Shown here one piece after another: positions 18,909 to 27,381 of a stretch of 40,014 bases of DNA. The DNA is from an uncultured Acidobacteriaceae bacterium. GTDB lineage: Bacteria > Acidobacteriota > Terriglobia > Terriglobales > Acidobacteriaceae. How positions within the stretch are numbered: the stretch's first letter is position 1; each line of letters begins with the position of its first letter. Both the position numbers and the translations under genes were made by a program. The stretch is from assembly GCA_964250995.1 (NCBI GenBank), contig CAXUIF010000003.1:1-40014 (forward strand), given 5' to 3'. Under the pieces are notes generated by a model, which had not been told where the DNA came from, did not search any database, and was given only the letters and a program-made list of their open reading frames with translations.

Positions 18909-18977
18909 GAGCAGGCGTGGATGAGGATCCGGCACTCTGCCGCCTGCGACACTTCTTGTTCTGACCCGCTTACTCCC

Positions 18978-19754
18978 ATGAACTACTTCGATTATTTCAG
19001 CGAGATCGAGGAGCGCTTCACGGCGCGGCGAGGGTCGTTGCTGCTCCTTTCCACCCTGGATTGGGCGCTGATTGAGACCTGGCGTGAAGCGGAGATCCCC
19101 CTGGCTGCAGTGTTGCGCGGCATCGATACGGCGTTCGATAAGTACCAAGAGCGCAAGAGCCGTGCGAAAGGCCGGCTGGCCAAGGTGAACGGGCTGGCCT
19201 GGTGTGCCCAGGCCGTCCTGGAAGCGGCTGCCGCGATGGCGGAAGCTTCCATCGGGGCCCACGAGGAGAAAGCGGTCGCGCGTGAGACGGGCTTTGAAAC
19301 CGAGCGCGTAGCGGAGTTTTTGGAGCGGAACGCCGCCACGCTCGCAGCACAGGTGTCCGGGGCGGCAGCCGAGGCGGCCGTCTGGAAGGAATCCCTGCAC
19401 TCGACGGCGACACGGCTGCGCGAGCTAGCCGGCACTGTGCGCGCGGAAGGCGACCCGGCCCTGCACACCCTGGATCGCACCCTCACGCTGCTGGACGAAC
19501 GCCTCCAGGCGGCGCTGCTGACCAGCGTTTCCGAGGCGGAACTGCTGCGTGTGCGGGACGAAGCCGAAGGAGAGCTTGCGCCCTATCGGGCACGTCTGGG
19601 CGCCGTGCAACTACGCCAGATCCGCGAGCAGTTCGTGCAGAAGCGGCTGTTTGAGGCGCGCCGCCTGCCACGGCTAAGCCTCTTTTACATGCCGGTCGGC
19701 GAGGCGGAAAGCGCGCCAGGACCGGACCGCGAGCGCGAGGCGCCGGGGACATGA
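18978..19754 (+). CDS. Hypothetical helical protein, possible DnaD/DnaB_2-like N-domain
   Basis: Likely start MNYFDYF. Stop overlaps rlmD start (ATGA). Lies within the operon. Confidence 0.8.
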   Translation: MNYFDYFSEIEERFTARRGSLLLLSTLDWALIETWREAEIPLAAVLRGIDTAFDKYQERKSRAKGRLAKVNGLAWCAQAVLEAAAAMAEASIGAHEEKAVARETGFETERVAEFLERNAATLAAQVSGAAAEAAVWKESLHSTATRLRELAGTVRAEGDPALHTLDRTLTLLDERLQAALLTSVSEAELLRVRDEAEGELAPYRARLGAVQLRQIREQFVQKRLFEARRLPRLSLFYMPVGEAESAPGPDREREAPGT

Positions 19755-21061
19755 CGGCGGAGCCTGCGTTACAGGTGGAAAAGGCTGTCTACGGAGGCGA
19801 CGGTCTGGCCCGAACGCCCGACGGCACCGTGGTATTCGTGCCGTTCGCTTTGCCTGGCGAACGGGTGCAAGTGTCTGAAGGGCTCTCCCCCTCGCTGCGG
19901 ATTTTGGAGGCCTCCCCGCAGCGGGTTCAGCCACGTTGCGTCCACTTCGGCGTGTGCGGCGGCTGCCAGTACCAGATGGCGAGTGAGGCGGCGCAGCTGA
20001 CGATGAAGTCGTCCATCTTGCAGGAGACGTTGGAGCGCGCGGGCCTGGCGAGCCTGCCCGAAGCGCGCGTTTGGGCGTCGCCGCACGTTTGGGAGTACCG
20101 CAACCGCATCCGTTTGCGCGTGCGTACAGTGGACGGTGCGCTCCGGCTTGGCTACAGCCGCCGGGGAACGAACGAGTTTCTCCCTGTCACGATGTGCCCG
20201 ATTGCCGCGCCGGTGCTTTGGGACGCCGCCCAAGCCCTGCTGCGCGCGGCAGACGTGGACCGGAGCGCCGCTGCCTGGCTGCGCGCGACAGCCGAGGTGG
20301 AGATCCTCTGCGGACCCGATCAGCGCGACTTGCAGATTCACCTGCTGTGTCCGGGAAAGATTCCGCTGGCCCAGGGCAGCTTGGACCCGCTGGGCCAATT
20401 TCTCACCAAAGAGGGCGTTCCTCTGCGCTCCATGGGCGCCTCCCGGCTGCACGTCCCCTCAGGGCGCGCCATGGAGGTGCTGGCGTCGTGGGGCGCCGAC
20501 GGACTGACCTACGCGGTGAGCGAGGAGCGTTTCTGGTTGAAGCGCGGCAGCTTCTTTCAGGTCAACCGCTTTCTGCTGCCGCAGATGGTCGCGCTTGTGT
20601 GTGCCGATCGCCGTGGCAGCCTGGCGTGGGATCTCTATGCGGGGGTCGGGCTGTTTGCGCGGGGGCTGGCAAAGCGGTTTGCGGCCGTAACCGCAGTGGA
20701 AGCCAACCCGGTCGCCCTTGCGGAACTCCAGAGAGGCCTGCAACGGTCGGGGGACACAGCGGTCCAGGACACGACGCTTGCATTTTTGCGGAGGGCGGTC
20801 GTTCAGCGCGACCGTCCGGAGTTGGTCGTGCTCGACCCGCCGCGCGCGGGAGCGGGAGAAGAAGCCTGCGAACGGATCGCCCAGCTGCGTCCAGCCGAAA
20901 TCGTCTACGTGTCCTGCGACCCGACGACCTTGGCACGGGATGCTGCCGTGCTGCTTCGGCGCGGGTACAGTGTCGCCGAACTGCACATGATCGACCTTTT
21001 TCCACAGACCTACCACCTCGAAACGGTGATGGTGCTGCGCCACTCGGGCATGGCAGGGTAG
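19751..21061 (+). CDS. rlmD: 23S rRNA m5U methyltransferase, RlmD/TrmA family
   Basis: TRAM-like start, CVHFGVCGGCQYQ Fe-S motif, SFFQVN, DLYAGVGLF, LDPPRAG, YVSCDPTTLARD, DLFPQTYHLE. Confidence 0.9.
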   Translation: MTAEPALQVEKAVYGGDGLARTPDGTVVFVPFALPGERVQVSEGLSPSLRILEASPQRVQPRCVHFGVCGGCQYQMASEAAQLTMKSSILQETLERAGLASLPEARVWASPHVWEYRNRIRLRVRTVDGALRLGYSRRGTNEFLPVTMCPIAAPVLWDAAQALLRAADVDRSAAAWLRATAEVEILCGPDQRDLQIHLLCPGKIPLAQGSLDPLGQFLTKEGVPLRSMGASRLHVPSGRAMEVLASWGADGLTYAVSEERFWLKRGSFFQVNRFLLPQMVALVCADRRGSLAWDLYAGVGLFARGLAKRFAAVTAVEANPVALAELQRGLQRSGDTAVQDTTLAFLRRAVVQRDRPELVVLDPPRAGAGEEACERIAQLRPAEIVYVSCDPTTLARDAAVLLRRGYSVAELHMIDLFPQTYHLETVMVLRHSGMAG

Positions 21062-21106
21062 AGCAGCTGAGTTTTCGTTCCCCGATCGGGGCGAGGTAGC
21101 GCGCCT

Positions 21107-23821
21107 ATGCCGAGCTTTGGTGCTGCCACATTTTGGATGGACGGCCAAGCCCCCGTGGAGCCGCTGCGGGCGCGCGACGCGCCCATGCTGTGGGCGGCCC
21201 TGGCCTTTGCGGCAGGTCTGCTGTGCGCGCGGCAGTGGCACGGGCCTGCAGCGCTGGCCCTGAGCCTTGCGTTGCTGCTGGCGTTGTGCGCGGCAAGCCT
21301 GCGGTGGGCGCCACGGGCCGGGTGGTGGGCCGTGTTGGGTTTGTGGGCGGTGGTGGGCTGCTGGTGCGCGCAACTGCAGCCGCCGGTTGACCGGCAGGTG
21401 GCGGTTCACCGCTTTGCCGATGGCCTGAGCCGGACTGTCCGGGGCCAGGTGGTGGCCGTGCGGTCCCTGCGGCAGCAAAAGCCGATCCAGGGCTCCCCGG
21501 TCGTGGCCACTGAACCCTGGGCGCTTGAGCCGGGAGCGTGGGAGACGGAGCCCGGCGAGGCCATTCAGTCGGTAGATCTGCAGCTGGAGGCCGTCGAAGA
21601 GGTATCGCCGGACCTTTCCCGCATGGTCCCGCTTACCGGGGGCCTGCGCTTGACGGTGATGGGCGGTGTTGTGCCGCTGCGCTGCGGGGACGTCATCGAA
21701 GCGCCCACCCGGCTGCGCGAGCCCGAGGTGTATCGCGATCCCGGTGCATTTTCCTATGAGGACTGGCTGCTGGGGCAGGGTGTGGGCGCGCTCGCCACAA
21801 CGAAGGTGCGCAAGGTGAGCGTTGTCCGGCAACAGCCGCCCGGCTTCCGCTGTCAGCTTGCCGCCATGCAGCACTGGGCGGCTGGCCGCCTGGAGCAGAT
21901 TCCGGCGACGGCGCCCATTGGTCGCCTGCCCAGGCCGCTCAGGCTCACCGCAGACGACACGGGCATGCTGGCAGCCATGTTATTCGGCGATCGGAGTCAG
22001 CTGAGCGCGGAGCAGCGGGCAGGCTTTGAGCGTACGGGAACGTTCCACCTTTTCGTGGTGTCGGGGCTCCATGTCGCCATGGTGACTGGGGCGTTGTTCT
22101 GGCTTCTACGCCGGGCCCGCGTACCGGAGTTCCCTGCCGTTGGATTCACGATCGCGTTGGCGCTGGGCTACGCGTTGCTGACCGGCTTCGGCGTGCCGGC
22201 CCAACGGGCGCTGGCGATGAGCTCTCTGTATCTGATCGCCCGTGCGCTGGACCGGCAGCGATCCGGGCTGAATGCCCTTGGGACGGCGGCGTTGTTGATC
22301 TTGGGAGCCGATCCCCGGGCGTTGTTTGAAGCGAGCTTCCAGATGACCGCGCTGGTGATCGTAGCGGTTGCGGGCCTGGCCGTGCCCTTCGGGGAGCGCG
22401 TACTGGGGAGCTGGCGGTCGACGGTTCAGCAGCTCGGTACCGTTGAATTGGACACATTCCTTCCGCCCACGGTGGCCGCCCGCCGGGTCTGGTTGAGGAT
22501 GTGGGGCGAGCTTCTTGGAGATCTCCTGGGAGGCTGGGCGCGCGCCCTTCCGGCAGGTTGTGTGCGCTTCTCTTTGGTGGTTGCTGAGGCCATCTTCTTT
22601 TCAGCTGCGATCGAGCTCTGTATGGCCCTGCCTATGGCGGTGTACTTTCACCGCATGGTGCCCCTGGCCATGCCGGGCAATCTCTTCGTAGCACCCCTGG
22701 CAATGTTGCTGGCCGGGGCCGCGGTGACCACGTTTGTGCTGAGCCTGGTAAGCCCGTGGCTGTCGATGGTTCCGGCGGCACTGACTGCCGCGCTCCTGCA
22801 TCTGGTGCGGGCGGTCGTGGGCGCGCTAGGACGGGCACGACTGGGCGATTTGCGCGTACCCGCGCCGCCCTGGGCCGCCGTTCTGCTTTGCGCCGTGTTG
22901 GCGAGCTTCGCTATCTGGGCCCTGCGGACGCGGCGCGCGGCACTGGCGTGGGCCGGCTTGGGCGCGGCACTGGCCCTGCCGGCGGCGGTGCTTTGGCCCG
23001 CTGCGCCCGTGGTGCATCCGGGCGTGCTGGAGATGACGGCCATCGACGTAGGCCAGGGTGACTCGCTGCTGGTGGTTTCGCCCCAGGGCCGGACGTTGCT
23101 GGTGGACGCGGGCGGACCGGTCGGACGTATTGCGGCGAAGTGGGATGTGGGCGAGCAGGTCGTCGCGCCCTTCCTCTGGTCGCGGCGAGTACGGCGGCTG
23201 GACGCCGTGCTGATCACCCATGGGCACAGCGATCACATCGGCGGCATGCCCGCCGTGTTGCGCGATCTGCGGCCACGCGAGCTCTGGTTGAGCCTTGAAC
23301 CGGGGCAGTCCACGGCGATGCGCGCGTTGCTCGCCGAGGCCGCGCAGTTGGGTGTGCAGGTACGCTGGCTCGCGGCCGGCGATGGCTTTGCGTGGGGCGG
23401 CCTGCAGGCAACGGTGCTTTCGCCGGAACGGACCTATGCCAACTATGGCGACGCGCGCAATGACGATTCCCTGGTTGTACGGCTGGACTGGCAGCGGGCC
23501 AGCGTGCTGCTGGAAGGCGATGCCGAGGCGCCAAGCGAGGCCGCCATGCTGGCGAAGGGGCGTCTTCAGCCGGTAACGCTGCTGAAGGTAGGACACCATG
23601 GCAGTCGCACGTCCACCAACGAGGAGTTCCTGGCAGCGGTCGCCCCCAGAGCGGCGGTGATCAGCGTGGGGCAGCACAACACCTTCGGCCATCCCCGCTG
23701 GGAGGTCCTGGATCGTCTGGAGGCCGCCCATGTGAGGACCTTCCGTACGGACAGGCTTGGCGCTGAGACCTTTCTGCTTCGGCCGGATGGGACCTTCACC
23801 ACGGAGGCGGCGTATAAATGA
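21107..23821 (+). CDS. comEC: ComEC/Rec2 DNA uptake channel
   Basis: GTFHLFVVSGLHV competence domain, multiple TM helices, C-terminal MBL fold (DVGQGD, THGHSDHIGG, KVGHHGS, ISVG..N.FGHP). Confidence 0.95.
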   Translation: MPSFGAATFWMDGQAPVEPLRARDAPMLWAALAFAAGLLCARQWHGPAALALSLALLLALCAASLRWAPRAGWWAVLGLWAVVGCWCAQLQPPVDRQVAVHRFADGLSRTVRGQVVAVRSLRQQKPIQGSPVVATEPWALEPGAWETEPGEAIQSVDLQLEAVEEVSPDLSRMVPLTGGLRLTVMGGVVPLRCGDVIEAPTRLREPEVYRDPGAFSYEDWLLGQGVGALATTKVRKVSVVRQQPPGFRCQLAAMQHWAAGRLEQIPATAPIGRLPRPLRLTADDTGMLAAMLFGDRSQLSAEQRAGFERTGTFHLFVVSGLHVAMVTGALFWLLRRARVPEFPAVGFTIALALGYALLTGFGVPAQRALAMSSLYLIARALDRQRSGLNALGTAALLILGADPRALFEASFQMTALVIVAVAGLAVPFGERVLGSWRSTVQQLGTVELDTFLPPTVAARRVWLRMWGELLGDLLGGWARALPAGCVRFSLVVAEAIFFSAAIELCMALPMAVYFHRMVPLAMPGNLFVAPLAMLLAGAAVTTFVLSLVSPWLSMVPAALTAALLHLVRAVVGALGRARLGDLRVPAPPWAAVLLCAVLASFAIWALRTRRAALAWAGLGAALALPAAVLWPAAPVVHPGVLEMTAIDVGQGDSLLVVSPQGRTLLVDAGGPVGRIAAKWDVGEQVVAPFLWSRRVRRLDAVLITHGHSDHIGGMPAVLRDLRPRELWLSLEPGQSTAMRALLAEAAQLGVQVRWLAAGDGFAWGGLQATVLSPERTYANYGDARNDDSLVVRLDWQRASVLLEGDAEAPSEAAMLAKGRLQPVTLLKVGHHGSRTSTNEEFLAAVAPRAAVISVGQHNTFGHPRWEVLDRLEAAHVRTFRTDRLGAETFLLRPDGTFTTEAAYK

Positions 23822-23856
23822 GCTACGCCGGAGGGCTTCGGCGTCAGGAGGTTTCG

Positions 23857-24189
23857 GTGAGCGAGGTGCGGAAGGATGTGGAGCCGGGCGATGACGCCCC
23901 GAGTCAACCTACTCCCGCGACCGCGAAGCCCGACTCCACAGGCGACCCCCAACCCTCCATCACCGCGCAGGACGAGGCCAAGTTGCTGCGGCGGCTGCAG
24001 ATGATGATGAACATGGTGATGGGTGTGATCGGGCAGGACAACACCCTGAGCTACGACGAGGCCGCGGTCATGGTGGCCGATGCGCGCACGGCGGCGCTGG
24101 CGATGTTTCCGGGCAAAGAGCTGGCCTACGACCTGATCTGGAAGCCGCGCTTTCAGCGCCTCATGCGGGAGCGGTTCCGTTTGGTATAG
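23857..24189 (+). CDS. Small hypothetical protein
   Basis: AGGAGG at 23846-23851 before GTG 23857 (alternative ATG 23818 overlaps the comEC stop). Helical C-part FPGKELAYDLIWKPRFQRL. Confidence 0.8.
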   Translation: MSEVRKDVEPGDDAPSQPTPATAKPDSTGDPQPSITAQDEAKLLRRLQMMMNMVMGVIGQDNTLSYDEAAVMVADARTAALAMFPGKELAYDLIWKPRFQRLMRERFRLV

Positions 24190-24307
24190 CCGCTTGGGCC
24201 GTAGCGGAGCTTAAAGCAACAACGGACCAGAGGACATCTTCGCGCAAAGTTTACTGCGTGGGTACACAGCGGAGAGCTGCCTCTTCGAAGTCTGGTAGCA
24301 AAGAAGA

Positions 24308-25270
24308 ATGCGCCTCCCCTCGCGAATCTGTGCCGTTCTTGCGTTTGGGTTCGGTCTCTTGCTGCTACCCGACGCCCGCGCGGCCACTGACCCCGACTGG
24401 ACGACACCGCTGCCACCGTTCCGGATCGCGGACAACCTTTACTACGTGGGAAGCCGGGACCTCGCGGCCTATCTGGTCACAACGCCAGCCGGAAACTTCC
24501 TGATCAACGCCAATCTCCCCTCCTCGCCTCCGCAAATCCGGCAGAGCGTAGAACAGCTTGGGTTTCGCTGGAGCGACCTCAAGATCCTGCTAATCAGCCA
24601 TGCGCATGTGGACCATGCAGGGGGCGCGGCTGCCATCACGCGCCAGACCGGTGCCCAGCTCGATGTTATGGAGGGCGATGCCGCCGTGATGGAAAGCGGA
24701 GGCAAGACGGACTTCGCCTTCGGGCATGCGGGCAAAGGCATGCAGTATCCGCCCGCACACGTGAACCGTGTTCTGCACGACGGCGACGCCGTCACCCTGG
24801 GCGGTACGACCCTGATCGCGCACCGCACGGCGGGCCATACGGAAGGCTGCACCACCTGGACGATGAAGGTGCACCTTCCGGGCGAGCCTGCGGGCAGGCT
24901 GCGCGATGTGGTGATCGGTGGCAGCTGGACGGTGCTTTCCAGCTACCGGCTTGTGGACAATCGCAACCGGGCTCCGTCCTACCCGAGCATCGCCCGCGAT
25001 TACAACCGGACCTTTGCCTTGCTGCATACCCTGCCGTGCGACATCTTTCTGGCCTCACACGGGCAGACGTTCGACCTGCTCGGGAAGCGCAAGCGCATGT
25101 CTATCGAAGGCGATGCCGTGTGGATCGATCCGGCGGGCTATCGGCGAGCGGTGGACGCGGCGCAAAAAGCCTTTGAGACGGCATTGCAGCGGCAATCCAG
25201 CGCTGGCGTGCGGACCTCCGCCTCTGCCGTTGGAGTGGAAGCTCCTAGGCGCGGATGGCCCAGTCGCTAA
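24308..25270 (+). CDS. Subclass B3 metallo-beta-lactamase
   Basis: Signal peptide, W..P.PPFRIADNLYYVG, SHAHVDHAGG (HxHxDH), GHTEGCTTW, PCDIFLASH. Confidence 0.92.
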   Translation: MRLPSRICAVLAFGFGLLLLPDARAATDPDWTTPLPPFRIADNLYYVGSRDLAAYLVTTPAGNFLINANLPSSPPQIRQSVEQLGFRWSDLKILLISHAHVDHAGGAAAITRQTGAQLDVMEGDAAVMESGGKTDFAFGHAGKGMQYPPAHVNRVLHDGDAVTLGGTTLIAHRTAGHTEGCTTWTMKVHLPGEPAGRLRDVVIGGSWTVLSSYRLVDNRNRAPSYPSIARDYNRTFALLHTLPCDIFLASHGQTFDLLGKRKRMSIEGDAVWIDPAGYRRAVDAAQKAFETALQRQSSAGVRTSASAVGVEAPRRGWPSR

Positions 25271-26519
25271 GGGCTTCGTTAGGCGCGCGGGTCGGTTGGG
25301 GCGCCTTGCCGTAGCGCTTCAGCAGGTCCACCACGTGAAGAACGTTGTCCACCGGCGTGTTCGGGACGATGCCGTGGCCGAGGTTGAAGATGTGGCCCGG
25401 GCGGTGGTTGGCGAGAGCGAGAATTTCGCGGACCCGGGACTCGATCACCTCTGCGGGAGCAAACAGCGTGATGGGGTCGAGGTTGCCCTGCACGGCAGTG
25501 TGGGCGCCGACGGCGCGCCAGCCCTGGTCCAGGGGCGTCCGCCAGTCGAGACCGATCACGTCGGCGCGGGTTTCACGCATAAGGGGCAGCAGGGTGGCCG
25601 TGTCCACGCCGAAGAGAATGACCGGAACGCCCAAACCCTGGACGCGGCGGACGAGCTCGGTCGTGGCAGGAAGAACGAACTCGCGGAAGTCCGTGGGGGA
25701 CAGGGCGCCGGCCCAGCTATCGAAGATCTGAATGACGTCGGCCCCGGCCTCGACCTGCTGAGCGGCGTAGGCGGTAAGCACCGTGAGGAGCTTGTCCATG
25801 AGCAGCGGCCACGCGGTTGTGTTGCGCTCGCCGAATTGGCCCGCTTCTCGGGCAGAATACGGAGGTTCTGCGCTGCGCTCAGGATCGCTGGAGCGAAGGG
25901 CGCTCGCGTACATGAGACGTTTGGTTTCGATGTAGTTGCGGGAGGAGCCGCCTTCAATCATGTAGCTTGCGAGGGTGAACGGGGCGCCGATGAACCCGAT
26001 GATGCCGAGACGGTCCTGGTCCTCGAGCGCATTGGCACCGGTAGCGAAGCCCACCTTGGCCCGCTGCTCCGGCGAAGACGGAGCACCCGTCCTCGGGAAA
26101 GCGAAGTGTTTGGCGACGCGGCGGATGGCTTCGGCGACGTAGCCCAACTCGGCGGTGCGGTCGGTGCGGAGAGCCTGGATCTGGTCCAGGGTGCGGATGG
26201 GCGTGTGAACCACAGGGCCCTCGCCGGCGACGAACTCGAAGTCGACGCCCATGGGCGTGAAGGGCAGCAGGAGGTCGGCAAAGATGATGGCCGCGTCGAC
26301 GCCCAGGCGCTCCGCCGCGGTGATGGTAACCTCGGCGGCGATGGCCGGGGTGCGGCAGATATCGAGCAGGCTGTGGTGCTTGCGGACCGCCATGTACTCG
26401 GGCATGTAACGGCCGGCTTGACGGAGAAACCAGACGGGCGTGCGGTCGACGGGCTGGCGGAGGCAGGCGCGGACAAAGCGGCTGGGGGCTTGCGGCGTGG
26501 ACTCGGCAAGGGTGGGCAC
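25245..26519 (-). CDS. hemE: Uroporphyrinogen decarboxylase with two in-frame insertions
   Basis: PVWFLRQAGRYMPEY, DAAIIFADLL, GAPFTLASYMIEGG, QIFDSWAG, QGNLDP, IFNLGHGI. Confidence 0.96.
   Translation of the reverse strand: MPTLAESTPQAPSRFVRACLRQPVDRTPVWFLRQAGRYMPEYMAVRKHHSLLDICRTPAIAAEVTITAAERLGVDAAIIFADLLLPFTPMGVDFEFVAGEGPVVHTPIRTLDQIQALRTDRTAELGYVAEAIRRVAKHFAFPRTGAPSSPEQRAKVGFATGANALEDQDRLGIIGFIGAPFTLASYMIEGGSSRNYIETKRLMYASALRSSDPERSAEPPYSAREAGQFGERNTTAWPLLMDKLLTVLTAYAAQQVEAGADVIQIFDSWAGALSPTDFREFVLPATTELVRRVQGLGVPVILFGVDTATLLPLMRETRADVIGLDWRTPLDQGWRAVGAHTAVQGNLDPITLFAPAEVIESRVREILALANHRPGHIFNLGHGIVPNTPVDNVLHVVDLLKRYGKAPQPTRAPNEALSDWAIRA
25849..25885 (-). repeat. REP-like palindromic element inside hemE (insertion 2)
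   Basis: Minus strand atcctgagcgcagcgcagaacctccgtattctgcccg with a gcagaa/ttctgc stem. Resembles the GTCATTCTGAGCGCAGCGAAGAA-type intergenic repeats I recall from Acidobacteria. Confidence 0.5.
26050..26088 (-). repeat. REP-like palindromic element inside hemE (insertion 1)
   Basis: Minus strand gggtgctccgtcttcgccggagcagcgggccaaggtggg with a perfect 7-bp stem tgctccg/cggagca. Resembles the GGGTGCCCCATCTTCG...AAGGTGGG-type repeats I recall from Acidobacteria. Confidence 0.5.
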
Positions 26520-26526
26520 GGTCTTT

Positions 26527-26535
26527 AGGCTAGCA
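26527..26535 (-). promoter_or_regulatory. Extended -10 (TGcTAGCCT) 7 nt before hemE GTG (leaderless)
   Basis: Minus strand TGcTAGCCT-aaagacc-GTG. Confidence 0.55.
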
Positions 26536-26742
26536 CCGGGCAGCGGCTTCGCTGCGCCCCCGCGCAGCGCGACGGCGGATTCAGAGCTTGCCGTAACGCA
26601 TCCCGGTTACCCCTCAGAGTTACGGGCGGGGCAAGGGCAGACGCTACACTGGACCAGAGCGTGCGGAGTCCCGGGGCGAGCGGCTTTCTGCCCGGGCGTG
26701 TGCGCGCCCAATGCCAACTGAGAGTCGATTGACGACAAACGT

Positions 26743-27273
26743 ATGCCGAACTACCTGGAGCTTCCTGTGGGCTCGCGCGCCCCTGAGCTGGTCAACGCGG
26801 TGATTGAGATCCCGCTGGATTGCAAGACGAAATTTGAGTATGACAAAGAGCTGCATGTATTCCGGCTGGACCGTAACCTGTATTCCCCGGTGCACTACCC
26901 CGGAGACTATGGCTTCATTCCGAGCACCCTGGGCGATGACGGCGATCCGCTGGATGTGCTGGTGCTGGTGGACACGCCAAGCTTCACCGGTTGCCTGATG
27001 GAGGTACGGCCCATCGGAGCCCTGGAGATGACCGACCAGGGCCAGGGCGATGAGAAGATCCTCTGCGTCGGATCGGGGAATCCGCGGTTCCATGATGTGG
27101 CCAACTATTCGCAAATCTACCCACACATTCTGAAGGAGATCACGCACTTCTTCTCCATCTACAAGAACCTCGAGAAAAAGCGGGTGGAGGTGCACGGATG
27201 GCGCGATGCAGCCTTTGCCCGCGAGCTGGTGACCAAGGCGCAGAAAGCCTATTTGGAGAAGAGCGGGCAGTAA
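26743..27273 (+). CDS. ppa: Inorganic pyrophosphatase (family I)
   Basis: VIEIP, KFEYDK, LDR, YPGDYGFIP.TL.DDGDPLDVLV, D.K, FFSIYKNLE. Confidence 0.97.
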   Translation: MPNYLELPVGSRAPELVNAVIEIPLDCKTKFEYDKELHVFRLDRNLYSPVHYPGDYGFIPSTLGDDGDPLDVLVLVDTPSFTGCLMEVRPIGALEMTDQGQGDEKILCVGSGNPRFHDVANYSQIYPHILKEITHFFSIYKNLEKKRVEVHGWRDAAFARELVTKAQKAYLEKSGQ

Positions 27274-27281
27274 GCAGGACG

Positions 27282-27369
27282 AAGCAGGAAACAGCAGAAG
27301 CAGCAAAGAACCGAAGCGGGACGCAAAAGCGACCACGAACGACTCGTTCCTGCTCGCTGTTCCTGCTTG
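27282..27369. terminator. Long imperfect inverted repeat between convergent ppa and permease genes
   Basis: aagcaggaaacagcagaagcag pairs with ctgctcgctgttcctgctt; inner gaacg/cgttc hairpin. Confidence 0.45.
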
Positions 27370-27381
27370 CTTCTTCATCGC

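Noticed and set aside
26560-26742. Possible fluoride riboswitch before ppa
   Set aside because: Hairpins are present, but the conserved GGNGAUG...CUGAUG pattern is absent.
27300-27335. c-di-GMP-I riboswitch-like string GCAAA...GGGACGCAAAAGC
   Set aside because: Lies 3' of two convergent genes, has no proper GNRA stem and lacks the second stem.
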